Made by a program: the position numbers and the translations under genes. A DNA stretch of 64,000 nucleotides from Chrysomallon squamiferum. Its lineage: Eukaryota; Animalia; Mollusca. The stretch spans positions 16,430,001 through 16,494,000 of the forward strand of contig CM022666.1 in NCBI GenBank assembly GCA_012295275.1. Reading direction: 5' to 3'. Shown in pieces: positions 44,277 through 59,225 of this stretch (positions are counted from its first letter, which is position 1; each line of letters starts with the position of its first letter). Under the pieces are notes generated by a model. That model had not been told where the DNA came from. It saw nothing but the letters and a program-made list of their open reading frames with translations, and did not search any database.

Positions 44277-45081
44277 TTTGGGCCATTGTTTATACATAAA
44301 TTTATTTATTTTCACTTACTTATCTAGTCCATGTTTTGGTCTGGAACGTACCAGCTCGCGCACGAATACGCGGGGTACTGTCACCGGTACGTGACGTTAG
44401 AAGATACACTGACTGGATACGTCGTCAATAAGTTAGTCTGGTGTGGACAGACGTCGTATCCAGGTACGTGACGTTAGAGGATACTTTGGATACTTTGTCA
44501 GTTTCAAATTATAATAATAATAATATCAACAACAACAACAACAACATGTGTTATGTGTATGTATGTTAAAAAAACAAATTGATAATAGTTTTAATATTCT
44601 CTGAACGAAATACTTTGAGAGAAACAGACAGACAGACTGACAGACAGAAATATGAACAGATAGATAAACAGACACAGAAACACAGACGCGCAGATATTTA
44701 GGTAGGTAGGTAGATAAATATATAGATAAAGAGACAGATAGAGAGTTAGACAAACTGACAGACATACAGACAAACAGAGGTTTTGACAGTAGCTCATCAT
44801 TTGGTGATAGTAACGGTCTTCCTATTTCACTGTACGTAGAAAAAAATATTAGCGTTTTAACAATTATTCATATAAAAAATATAGCAAAAAGTATCAGCTA
44901 CGAATAAAAAAATATAGTCAACTGTTCATTTAGTCATGATGAAGGTGCTGTTATTTAGTGGTGTAAAACTCTTTCAGATTTTAAAATGATTTCTGATTTC
45001 AGTTTGCTGAGTCAGTGAGGGGGATGAGATATGGTTACTTGTCAGGTCGAGGCGTGACAAACCCGCGTACAGCAAACACAG

Positions 45082-45211
45082 GTCAGAGAGACACACTTAG
45101 TGTCCGGGTCAGAGAGAAACACTTAGTGTCCGGGTCAGAGAGAAACAGTTAGTGTCCGGGTCAGAGAGAAACACTTAGTGTCCGGGTCAGAGAGAAACAG
45201 TTAGTGTCCGG
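45082..45211. repeat. 26-bp tandem repeat GTCAGAGAGAAACACTTAGTGTCCGG, 5 copies
   Basis: Head-to-tail copies with no spacers. Confidence 0.9.
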
Positions 45212-45332
45212 TGCGGAAATGTGTTTTATAAAAATGATGATGTAGATCAATAAAATGATGACAAACAGATACGCACAAGCAGACTGGCAAATAAATAGAC
45301 TGGTAGATTCGTAAAACGATGTCTATGTCTGT

Positions 45333-45524
<192 letters not shown>

Positions 45525-45659
45525 ACATGTTTGTCTGCTTGTATTTGTTTGCGTGTTTATTTACATATTTAATTAGATAGGTAAGAAAGTGGACTATATA
45601 GTAATATCCACACACACACACAAACACATTCCATCCATCCATCGCTATCTCTCTCTTTC

Positions 45660-45697
<38 letters not shown>

Positions 45698-46540
45698 TTG
45701 CAGTTTCAGTTTAGTATTTATTCATATTTTCCTCTTCTACCTTCATTGTCTGATTATTTATTTATTATTTATTTATTTTATAGGTTTTTTTCGCAACGTA
45801 TGAACTTGTGTCTCTCGGTAACGTTTCAAAAGTTGTGATATTAGTCAGTCACTGCAAGAACAGAGAATGTGAGTTTATTCTTTTTCATATATCACTGTAG
45901 AATGTTATCTTGTTATCATATTGTTTAGTACATTATCTTAGGTTTGTATTTTACTTTTATTCTTTATCATATATCATTGTAGAATTGTATCTTGTTATCA
46001 TATTGTTTAGTACATTATCATCTTATTTAGGTTTGTATTTTACTTTTATTCTTTATCATATATCACTGTAGAATGTTATCTTCTTACATGTTTAGTCTTA
46101 TTTAGGTTTGTATTTTATTTTATCATTGTTCAGTAATGTTTACTGAATTATTTTGTATCAATATATCATAATTATAGTATTTTGTTGTATTGTATATTAC
46201 TGTATTATTTATAGTGTTACTTAGTATTGAACATTATTTTATTACTGTAATTTATTTATATAATTATATAAATGCATCTTACATAATACAGTAACATTTT
46301 TTATTTTTGTGCTGCGATATTTGTAAATTATTAGTATACCTTGTTATTGTTATCTGTTTTCGTGTTTCTATTACTGATTGATTATTTCGCATTTCTTGTC
46401 TGTCTTTGAATATTCTTATATTTATATGTACAAACCTCTCCTCCAATCAGTTACAATACTGCATGCAGGTCAGAATGCATCATGTATTTATTTATTTGTT
46501 TGGTTGGTTGGTTAGTTAATTATTTGCTTGTTTGTTGTGA

Positions 46541-46589
<49 letters not shown>

Positions 46590-48154
46590 TTATGGGAAAC
46601 ATGTAATAAGACTCAATTGTAGATTTGAAAACTGACAAAGAAATCACGGATTGAAATATGAATGTATTGATGATCCGTCGTAAGTATAGTAGTAGCATTC
46701 GTAGTAGTAATAGTCGTAGTAGTAGTAGTAGTATAGTAACTGTAGTAGCCGTAGCAGTAGTAATGTAAATAATAGTAATAATAGTAATATACTACTACTA
46801 CTGCTACTAATAATAATAATAATAGTAAAAGTAATGACTCATAGAAATAACTTTGGATCACATGATTAACGTAATTACACAGAATCATAAAAAGATGAAT
46901 TTAGTTAAATGTTAGAGCATACTTGAACTTTGGTAATTAACAATAACAGTAACAGTAATAATAATCATAATAATAATAATAGTAGTAGTAAAAACATATT
47001 GTGGATATACGCACAGGCACCAATGATGATAAATATTAAGTTGGCTGAGTAATAAGAATTATTGATAGTAAAGGGAAAGTAAATTTGTTCTGTCCCTGTT
47101 AAGAAGTGTTGTGACTGTCTCTGAGTATCCGACACGTGGTGATACGGGTGGTGTGATAATGAAATAACACAGATAAGTGACCGAGGACAAAGGGTGAGAC
47201 ATCACACTAACAAACCCGTGTGATAAAAACTACCAGACGCCAATTCACACACTTAGAAGCAAACAGGTGCAAACGTCTTAGCTGTTTTATTTATTTATTT
47301 ATTTTAATGTTTGGCGTATGAATACTGAATGCGACAATTTTTTTTTTTTTTTTTTAAACTTTTATTACATTTATGACGTGAATCTTCAAAGTAAGTTTGT
47401 TACTTAATCGACTGTCAACATAAAACTCATGCCTTTAAGACGTGAGATTCCCTCGTATGCGTGGACGGATCCATTACGAAATTAACGAGGCTCAAGTGTT
47501 GGCCTCTAATCCTAGAGGGACCCCAGAAAAGACGTTAGTCCACACTTCTTGAAAATTTTTATCAAAATCTGACACGTGTCTAAATGGAACATTGCCACAG
47601 CAGATAACAGTGGTTATCCAGACCTCGTTATTGCTCGCGAAGCGCCACCGTAATTGTTCAAGCTATAGGGCCGCAAAACTGAAGTTCCGTCACTACTCAT
47701 GTGATCTTTCCGTAAGAAACATTACAGTACAGTTGACGTAATGAAGTATTAAATGATAAGTGTGACTTGCATAAACAAACTCTCGTCAAATTACAGCTTT
47801 TATTTCATGAATATTGCACTTCAACTGGTGCGTAAGAAAAACTCCTCTAAAACAGGATGTTTCAGATATCATGTGACAGTCCATATATACACACATTATG
47901 GAGCTGTAACTAGACTGTACAAAGTTCGTTTCAGAAAGTATGTAAAAAAGGTTGCCTTGTTCGTTATTTTTTTTTTTTTTTTTTATAACCATTTCGGATT
48001 GAGACAGTGTATATAGTGTTGTGATAATGTAGTTAGACTTTGCAAAGTACATTTCTAAAAGTACGTTTGTTTTGAAGAACTGTGGTAGTTTTAAGAAAAT
48101 TAATTTTAATCTCAAATAAAAAAAATATATATATATATAAAAGATTCTCACAAC

Positions 48155-48220
<66 letters not shown>

Positions 48221-48867
48221 GAAGTAAATTACAAACTAAAAGAAAGTATTGGATTTTCTTTCTTGTATTTTTTTTTTTTTTTTTTTTTTCGCGTGTGTGT
48301 ATTTGTTCCCAGACACAAAAAGCAAACGTCCTTCAAGCTGAAAGTACCAGAATTATTTATTTTACGTACATTCAGTGTATCTGTTTTTATTTTTATTTTA
48401 AGACTGTAGTTGTAATTATATACAAGTAAAAATAAAACAAATTCTTTCCACTGTTAGAGATGTGAAGACCTGAATTTGACAATGTCCCATCTACACATTT
48501 TGTTTTATAATTATTATTTTATTATTTCATTTTTCTTCTTCTTCTTCTTTATTTTTTTTTTTTTTAATTTTATTTTACTTTTAATAAAATCTCAGAAATA
48601 AACAAAAGTATTGTAATAAAATAAAACTGTCGTCTGACAGTAGTTTTCCTACGTCTGATGAAATTGTATAATTAGTCTGTGAGGACAGGTCATTGTCCTA
48701 TCCGGTTTTCGAATCACGTGACATTTGGTTACTGGTATCTAAACTATGTTACGGCATGGTACTAAAAAGATACCAACCAAGTCAAAACTGATAACATAAT
48801 AAAAACAAAAAACAAAATAAAAATAGCCATCAAGAAATAATGTATACATTACAAATTATTAGTAAAC

Positions 48868-48918
<51 letters not shown>

Positions 48919-49356
48919 AGTGACAAGTACAACCAAGTATTTAATATACACTTGTGACGTCACAGTATTGTATGGACGATATGGTTTCTTTGAAATACAT
49001 CTACGAGGTCAATGTCAACAATCCATTACACATTTAATTAAAAGTTACAAGTGACGTCACGGTTTGGATATTAATTTTCATTAAAATACATCCCAAACTG
49101 CACTGCTATATCAATGTTGTAATTGTGACGTCATGTTTCAATGGTTAATTTTAATTTCATCTGTGACGTCACTGCTTTTTATATCTGCTAAATTATTGTT
49201 CATTGATGAGACGAAATATCTTCTAACGAGATATCTAAACAAACATATTTTAAAACATTCAAGTCACTATAAAAAGTATATAAAAAGCTGTATTTTAGAT
49301 CATGGATATAATTATATATATATATTTTTTAACTCTCCATATGACAGTACTATTTC

Positions 49357-49408
<52 letters not shown>

Positions 49409-52160
49409 ATACAAAGAGTACAAAGGAAATAATGAAATTGATGCTCACACAATATTATACAATTCTGACATTTTAAAAACAATTTAAGTCTGTATAATTC
49501 AAATTGTAATTAAAACATATACAAAAAACTGAGATTCACAAACTATTGCACAAAATACAATCACGTTTTTTCTGCAATTATACAGAACAAATTATGTGAT
49601 ACATTTAGAATCTAAATACAGATGTTGACAGGTTATATATTTAAAATTGAATTTAAAACAAAAAATTACAGATATACTAATTACTTTGAATCTTATCAAC
49701 TCAGACCTTGCTGTGAGACATATGTAGAATTTAACATAAACAGTGATCTAGATAAACATTTAGAATTAAACACAAATCTAAACATGTTTAGAATTTAACA
49801 TAAACACAAATCTAATTATAACCATTTTTAGAATTTAACATAAACAGAGATAAATTATTATGTTTAGAAATGAAGATAACTGCAAACCACTTTTTTTCTC
49901 TTTCACAACACAGTAAACATTCAAGTAATAATAGATGGAATATGAATATGCTGAAAGATTGTCCTTTGGTTTTTCCATTTTAATTCCAGCTATAAACAAT
50001 AGACTAGTACACTATGAGTTTAAAAATATGCATCTTCTTTCATTTTTGTTATTTCATAGATTTTATTTCATTTATTATTTGCTTTCATTTCTTTTTTAAA
50101 TTTCTTTTATGATTATCATTTTATTTTTGTTTCATTATTATTATTATTATTTTTAAAGTATCATAATCTGTTTCCTTTCAAAAAAGTAAAAAAAAAAAAA
50201 AAAAATAAAAGACAATTTGATAAAAGCTAAAACAAGGAAATTAATCCATAAATTAGAGAATGTTTGAATAATAATCAGAACATTTAAACATTTGATTTCC
50301 AGATTATAAAGTGACTGTCAAAATGTATACATGTATAATAAAAATTTTTTAAAAATCATGAATATCTCTTTCACAACAAATAAAGCTGCAACATATACTT
50401 TGTTGGTTTTTTTAAACTCAAAATTCAAAAAACATTTAAAAGTATGCACAGTTGACTGTTATCAAATTCATTATCTAGGCAAAAATATTTTAAAAATGTC
50501 ACAACCATTTATTTGAGTTTTATAACTGAAAATTGGAACAAGTCAAAAAAAAAAAAAATTAATTAACTGTGATTTACAACATATAGCTGGATAGAGATAA
50601 AAATATGTATTTTACACAGGCAAAGCAAAAATCTGTAGTAAATTTTATACAAAACTGAAATCTGTAAAACACTGTTCTGTGATGTTTTCAGACAAACCAA
50701 TCACAATGAATGTACCTTGGTGGCTGTGATGTAACAGAATTTCAGCCAATCACAGTGGATGTTAAAGCTATCGTCATAGTTACGTAACTGTGACACAGTT
50801 AAAATGCAGCCGATGATTATGCATGTTACAACTCTTTGTGACAACGATATACTTACTGTGATGTAATTAAAACAATGTCTGTTAAACCACCACTGTGAAA
50901 CAACTGACTTTCAGCCAATAAATGTTAAGATACTGAGTTGATTGACGTAATTCAAGTTTAGCAAATCACAGTGTATATTACAGATTTTCCTAATTAATTT
51001 CAGCCAATCACAAAACGTCTTTTATACAGCATTTAAATATAAAAGGCACAGTTTAAGACAGTTAAATGTACAATGTTGCTCATGGTTACAATGGACAAAA
51101 TTTATTTTAATTTACAAAGTGTATTTAGCTATGGGAATATTTTTTTTTTTTTTGGTACAGCCAGTAAAGAAGCAATAATAAAATATTCCTGTGTTAAGAA
51201 CTATGTACAAACTTCTCTTAGTACAATAAACTGATAAATGACAAACAAAATATAAAAACTGTAAAGAAATGTGGTTTCAAGAAAATTTGTATTGAACATT
51301 GCACTGTTGTTACAATAATAATATTATTATTGTTATTAATAATATCAAGAATGAAAACACATCTTCATACTTTATCAAAAATTAAAGTTAATTTTGAAAT
51401 GTAATTGGATTTATTCAACAAACAATACTGAAAGTACTCTATTTTACAAATCTATAGCAAAAGAGAAGTATATTTATTAAATCATTTTAGTTCCTGAAAT
51501 TAGTAAAGGACAAGATGGGTTTTTTTTTTATTATGAAGAATATTTCAGTTTTGAAAGAGTATTTAGTTTATTCAGCAACAGAACACAACAAAAAGAAAAA
51601 GAAAAAGAAAGAAAAACAGACAATAAACATTGCACTAGCAATATAACACAGAAATGTTAGTTTATTAATATTATGCTTTTAAAAATAGTAACAAACTTAC
51701 ATCCTTCAGTTATAGTTTTTTCTTGTTTATTTATTCATTTATTTTTTAAATTTGACTTTAACTAAATTTGTGCTTTCAAACATCGACTGTTTGTAGATAA
51801 AATTTTAACCAATGTTGTTTTTGATAGTTGTTAAACTAAACTAAATAAATAATAAAACCTAAAAGAAATACCTATGACTACCTTACTGAATAAAATAGAT
51901 GACTAGAGTGTTTAATATTTTTAATGTATATATTTTTAACTTTATTGTATAAAATATTTAGTGTAAGTAAATATGTATATTAATATGACTAGTGATTAAA
52001 ATATTCATAGATTTGTTAAAATAATACACTTCTTCAAAACCTGTTTAGCAGATGTACAAATTATGTGACTATTATCTTCAAATGTCACTTTTCATTTAAA
52101 AACACCCAAAGTTAAAAAAAAGCTGAGGGAAAAAATCCTGTGAAAAACAAATAAGTAATT

Positions 52161-52208
<48 letters not shown>

Positions 52209-54080
52209 CAAGATAAATAAATAAACAAAGCAACAGCAGATAAAAAAAAAAAACTATTTTTTTAAACCAACAAGAACATTCCATAAGCAAACAGTTACAA
52301 GGCTTAAAATGTTTTAGAAAAACACAAAACGTAAAATTTCAACAAATTGTTATTTCCATTATTTTTACTTATTCATCACACATCAAACAAATACTGTTCT
52401 TAAGAAAAAAATCAAGATGAAAGGAAGCTCCAAACTAAAACAGAATTAATAATAATAATAATAATAGTAATAAAGAAATAAATATTTAAAAAAATCATAA
52501 ATAAATCAATAAAAAACCCTGATAAAAGTATTATATATAATATAAAAAAAAAAAAAAATCAATAAAACAAAAATCAAACATACTAACTACAGATGTGTAC
52601 AATATAGTTATATGTATCTAATGAAATAATGCATTAGATGAAAATGTAAATGTTCAAAAACAGAACTATAATAAATATTAGTAATTAAAGCAAATATGAA
52701 AGGTTGAAATCTTAAAACAGGGTTAAATGATACAAGGAAAACAAGCAAAACAAATATTAATATTGCAATAAGAAAAGCAAAAATATTTCATGATTCATGA
52801 GCCATTTAAAATAAAAAAATAAAAAAATAATAATAATAAAAAAATAAAAAAATAATAAATTAATAATAATATTGATAATAATGATTTAAAAGATGAACAA
52901 GCAAATAAGAAAACAAAAAGTACAGTTAAAAAATATGCTCAAGGTTTAAAACTGTTACATTATTTGGTTTTCATGACATTTATATTTCACAATACCACAC
53001 AAATGTGAGAGAAACGTCCATTTTCTACTGAAACTTGTCAAGTCAGATTGATTTGGTGTGAATGGAACACTCAGGCCAGATGTGAGGCTGGATGTTGTAA
53101 TAAAGTGTTAAATAACAACAACAACAATAATAATAATAATAAAATATAAACATTTTCTTTTTGTTGCTGATGTTTTGATTTTTTTTGGTAAAAATCTGTG
53201 AACTTATTCTTTTAATGGATTAACATCAGAAACAAATGGTGTGTATACTAAAAAAAAAAAAAAAAAAAAAAAAAAGATTAATATATAATTAAATTCCAGC
53301 AAGTACTACTGTTTATATATGTATATATATATATATATATGAAAGTATTAATAATGTACAATTATGTAAGTTTAATATTTGATATTTCTGAAAATGCACA
53401 TTTGGCCTGAGTACTTCTGTTATATGTGATATGTGAAACATTTATACCTAAATGCAATTACCCTCTGATATGTCAGACTAAACACTGGTATCTCCTTTTC
53501 AACAGCAATTATGTTAATTACTTTCTAGCACTAATAACAATTACATTCAGATATGACAGTTCTACTGAGGGGTTGGGGCTAAGTAATTTCATAACAACAA
53601 CAAAATAAAAAAATAAAAATAAAAAATAAGATTAAAAAAGTATACTGAATCTGAAACAAGAACTAGAATGAAAAAGCTGTTTCAGAAATTGTTGTGTGTC
53701 TTAGGGTCTTTTTCATGTTTTAAATAACTTCAGTCTACAGAATTAATAACAGATCAGTTGATTACTGTTTCAAGTATGTGTCAGTTACACTCTGCCCCTG
53801 AGTGTTGATCAAAAAAACTTTATCCCTTTATTTATAAATATCATTCTCCATAAGGGTTTTACAAAATAATAATAATAATATAGTGCTTCTAGAAATGTTT
53901 TAAAAATCAGTTTTCAATAATTATTAATAATTTTCTCCGAAACTGTCCAAGAGAATTTAAAATATAATTTAAAAATCATTTATCAGTCTGTCTGTCTAAA
54001 ATGAATCTATATAACCATCCTATTTTTTTTTTTTTTTTTTTTTTTATTTCTTTACTTTATAAATTATTCATTTCCTTTAC

Positions 54081-54111
<31 letters not shown>

Positions 54112-55965
54112 TTATCTTCTAATATATTTATTCTAGTCAAGTAAAAAAAAAAATTAAAAACATTATGCCTCAGTTAAAAAAGCTAAATTATGCTTCAAGG
54201 GAAGTGCCTTGTTCTACTTTCAAACACCATGCTGTGATGTTTATAACATTTCAGCTTTTGTACATAAATCAAAATCATAAAAAGTTATAAGAAACATTAA
54301 AAACATTAAATTGTCATATAAAATATAAATTATATAAAACTCAGATCTGTTGTTGTTTTTTTCTTGTTGGTTTTTTTCGTATTTTTAGGCCATTCTTCAA
54401 GTTTTTTTGAAGATTAAAGATAAAATATCTCTGTACATAAAAACTAATCTAATTGTTCTGTTCATTTTAAAATAATTCCATAACTATTAGAAACATTTAA
54501 TATGAAAATTTTTGTTCATTAATTCTATGTGAACAGTGACATTAATGTTCAGATGAAGGCTGTTCAACTCCAATTTTCAGAAAGTCTGTTCACACGAAAA
54601 CTAAATTTCAGATCTGATTTCACATTAATGATATAACAAGATTTATTATGAACAACAGAGAAACAATGAATAACAGATTTTCATTATTCATAAAGAAATG
54701 TTGACTGTTCATAAACAAATGGTACTATTCATAAATAAATGTTATCTATTCATTAGAATATATTAACTGTTCATAAACAAATGTATTCACATTTCATGTG
54801 TTCTTTAGCTTTTACATGAATGGTGAAGTTTTGTACAAAAGTGAACTGAGCTACAGTTGTAATTTTCATTCAAACAAAACAATCCGGATACTAGAAATAT
54901 TTTTCACTTAACATCCACTGCTCATACAGACAAAACCAAACTCTTCACATTCGCGCCTAATCGTTTTGTCCAAACATTGAAAAAACATGCATCTTAAATA
55001 ACTTCTGCATTTTTCTTTAACATTTTATTTTTATTCCTAATTTTAAAATGTGCCATTTATCTATTAAAAGTAAAACCAAATTTTTAAATTATTTAAAAGT
55101 ATGACAAGGCACACATGACAGTTGTTTTCATAACTGAATAATCTTAAATGATTTGCTTATCAGTATATGTCTTATCAGTTTATTACAAATGATTTATAAA
55201 TACTAATTTTTCATTATGTAACAATGTACAAATATTTAATAAGCCAAAATATAAAATGTATATTGTGCTTTTCATAATTATCAAAAAAGTTTTAGTATCT
55301 TACAGGCTAAAAAATAATAATTAATATATGAAAAATAAAAAAAGAATTTAAATCTGTATGGTAAATTTAAACACTGTTTTGTAAGATAAGATACAGTTAT
55401 ATATAATTTTTTTAAGTAGATGTTTCCTTATTTATTTTGGGTTCTATCATACAACAATTCTTTATTAATTATAAAATTATTTTACCTTTGTTAAATTAAA
55501 AATCATAAATACAATATTATATTATTTTTTCAAAAGATGATTTACAAAAAGAAAAAAAAGATTTTTTAATCATATTAAAAGACATCAAAAATTATTTATT
55601 AAGGAAGATTTTCTAAACAGGAAAATAAATCCTATTATGATAATAATTTAATAACTTTTCTTTCTAAAAAAAAAAAAAAGCCATATAATTATAATAACAC
55701 AAAAAAGGATTTAAAAAATCATATATAAATAATAATACAAAAAAACATTTAAAAAATCACATAATTATAATAAAAAAGGAAAAAATTGTATGGTAATAAT
55801 TAAAAAAATGTTTCTTGAACAGAAAAATAAATGGATAACAAATTCATACAATAAATATAAAAGCAATAAAGGGAGAAAACTGCTGAAGACATTCAAGAGT
55901 CAGATCTCCAAATTAACAGAACACTTGATCATGGTTTATGCATTGTTTGTTAGAAGATGATTTCG

Positions 55966-57966
55966 TCACAGGACGACACACTTAGTCTCGCGCCGATGAG
56001 TTGTCTGCGGTTGTAACACAGCCCGAACAGCTTCATCAAACACCTGCAAGTACAACAACCTTTTAAAACACACACAGGTTTAACAATCTTTTAAAACACA
56101 CACACGTTAAACACAACAATCTTTTAAAACACAAACATGTTAAACAATCTTTTAAAACACAACACATTTAAACACAACAATCTTTTAAAACACAAACATG
56201 TTAACAATCTTTTAAAACACACACGTTAAACAATCTTTTAAAACACAAACATGTTAAACAATCTTTTAAAACACAAACACATTAAACAATCTTTTAAAAC
56301 ACACACGTTAAACAATCTTTTAAAACACACACGTTTAAAAACAACAATCTTTTAAAACACATCACAAGTTAAAACACAACAATCTTTTAACACATCACAT
56401 CTGTATGTTCAGGTAACAACACACCACACATCAAATCCTTAATGCTCTAAGGAAAAAAATAAAATAATAAAACCTAATCCAGTAGTAAATTTAATTACTA
56501 TAAAATACCAATGATAAGAAATTAAATATAGCACTTTCTGTCTTCATTGTAAGAATTTTTAGATTACTTTTTCTTTATCCCTGATTGTTTTACCTTTTAC
56601 AAAACTGAACTGATCAGACTCAAGTTTTTTGTTTTCTTGTGCAAAAATCAGATAAACTCACCTGTTTCAGTCCACGCTGTGTTAAGGCTGAACATTCCAT
56701 GTATTTCTTTGCACGAATCTTATTGGCTACTTTTATTCCTTGTTCTCGTTTGATTGGAGAGAGGCCTTGAGCAGCTAGCTGGCCAATCGCTTCCTTGTTC
56801 TCTCGTAAATCTATTTTTGTACCTGGAGTAAGTAACAAACAGAAGAAAAAAAAAGATATTTATCATAATAAATAATTAAACAGTTCAACCTGTCCAGGTA
56901 TTTTATTTTAAATGAAATGTAACATTTTATTTTTATACAGAGTACAACAGACATACAATTAACAGATTAAAATCAAATATATTTGAATAACTGTGTGTGA
57001 CCCAGCATTCTGTTGCACCTGCACATGCATTTATAACTTTCTTAATTTTTAAACCTACAAATCTTACTATGTCCAACATATATTGCCTTTACAAAAAAAT
57101 AAAAAAATAAATTCTTGTCACTAGCAGTATAAAAAACAAAATTACTGAAAATGCTTTAAATATATTCTGAATTTAAACATACATTTATCAATACTTATGA
57201 GATGGATGAAAAGGTTTGTGTGATTTACAAAGTGCAAAAATCTGGAATCTTTTCCAATCAAACACCTCTTTTATAAAATTCTGAGTTTGCAAACTGTTGC
57301 AGTACATAGGGTTAAAGTTCATATGGGTATTAAACAAGAGATTTTTCAAAACTGCAAAAAACTTTTTCAGCCACCTGATAAAATAACAACAACGGATGCA
57401 ATAAAGGAGCTTATTCTACAGGCTGGTCCTGAAGTTAACTTGCTAGCTTACCAACAGTTATAATGGACATACAGAGATTTTCTTCTGTTACAAATGACAG
57501 TTATCTCCTTATAACTTTAACTTGTTAACTTTACCAAAAATTATAATGGGCATATAGATATCTTATTCTATTACAGATAAAAGTGTTCACCTTGTAAAAT
57601 TAACTTGTTGACTAACAAACAGTGATAATGCACATTAGAAAATGTTCTTCTACTGTTAAATGAAAGTGTTCACATCATAAAGCTAACTTGCTAACTTGCT
57701 AACTTACCAACAATGATAATGGGAGCGTCTGGACAATGGTGTTTGATTTCTGGCTGCCACTTCGTTGTTACATTTTCATGTGAAGATGGACTCACAACAC
57801 TAAAGCATATCAGAAACACATCAGTCTGAAAAAAAGAAAAACTGAGTGAAACATAATTTATCTGTGTATCAGTAATAAGAAAAGCAAATCTGGTAATTCC
57901 ATGATCTTCAAAAATGTCTAAAAGAAAAAGCAAATAACATGCTGAAATATTAAAAAGAATTAAGTT

Positions 57967-57997
<31 letters not shown>

Positions 57998-59225
57998 AAT
58001 CTTTCAAGATATAAAATGGTTAGACCCCTTCACTAATATTTCATTTTAACAAAGAAAGACTTAAGAACAAAATCTATTTTTCTTGTGTATCATTTCCCCA
58101 TTTGTTACAACTGATACTTTATTTTATCCAATATGGAAAAAGAATATTGTATTTTAAAATATGTGTTCTGTATATATGCTACACATGATAATAACTTAAT
58201 ATTGATATTGTTTACCTGGGGGTATGATAATGGTCGTAGTCTGTCGTAGTCTTCTTGTCCAGCTGTGTCCCATAATCCCAGACTGACCGGTATGCCGTCC
58301 ACCATTAGATTGGCAGTGTAGTTATCAAATCTGTAACATAATTCAATCTATTTATCAAAACAGCTGTCAAATATATAACAATATTCAAACTAGTTATCAA
58401 ATCTTTAACATAATCTGAAACATCAAACTACTTATCAAATCTGTAATTCAGTCAAACCAGTGATCGTGTATGTAACAATATTCAAACCAGTTATCAAATC
58501 TGTAACATTAATCAAACCAGTTATCAAATCTGTAACATTAATCAAACCAGTTATCAAATCATTAACAGCATTCAAATTTGTTAGAAGATGATTTAAACAA
58601 TTCAAAATTTTGTTTAAGATTCACCAAAATATCAAATGATTAAAATGCTACTTCTTTTAGGTTTAAAAATAAGTTAGCTGTATGAATATATTAAAATGCA
58701 TTTCATTCTATATTATTATAATACATATTTTAAAAATTCATATCTCAGTTTTTATAAAAAACTGAATTAATGATTAGGTAAGATATCAAAACAATTATTT
58801 ATTTATTTACACTTTAACATACAGTTATTTAAATTAAATTTTCTTTAAAAACCTATCATCTTTTTGCAAATATTTTATCATTTCTGAATGGAAGTTAAAT
58901 AGTTTCATCAAATATTATTTTAAATGGTTTTTTCTCTCACTTCAACCACATATTCAGATTCAATATTAATCTGTAGCTGAAATAAAGATAAAAAATATTT
59001 TAAACATTGTAAGACAACTCAGGGACCTGAAATATCTCGTTAGCAATATCTGAAACACAACTCATAAACAGAGATATAGAATTTGAGTTATAAACACCAC
59101 AATACTCACACTGTGGGGACGTATTCCCCAGGGAAACTGTCTGTTGTGTATGAGATCAACATGCAAGTTTTACCCACAGTTCCATCTCCAACAACAACAC
59201 ATTTGATTGGTCGACCCTGAGCCAT
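55966..59225 (-). CDS. Mtl: Mtl / Mig-2-like (RhoG-related) Rho-family GTPase, 195 aa; exons 59225-59110, 58330-58216, 57825-57708, 56822-56662, 56043-55966
   Basis: [70 protein letters not shown], CaaX box CVVL. The [23 protein letters not shown] signature matches Drosophila Mtl rather than Rac1. 588 nt, in phase. Confidence 0.93.
56052..56395. repeat. ~22-27-bp minisatellite (ACAATCTTTTAAAACACA...)n
   Basis: Visible tandem units next to the last Mtl acceptor. Confidence 0.88.
58320..58565. repeat. ~30-bp repeat (CAGTTATCAAATCTGTAACATTAATCAAAC)n derived from the Mtl exon-2 acceptor
   Basis: On the minus strand the unit reads TGTTACAG|ATTTGATAACT, identical to the true acceptor at 58331/58330. 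Confidence 0.82.

Noticed and set aside
45082-45211. 26-bp repeat x5 as a CRISPR-like array
   Set aside because: No spacers; ordinary minisatellite.
47440-47700. GC-richer patch resembling a DNA-transposon remnant
   Set aside because: Could not identify matching TIRs or a TSD by eye.
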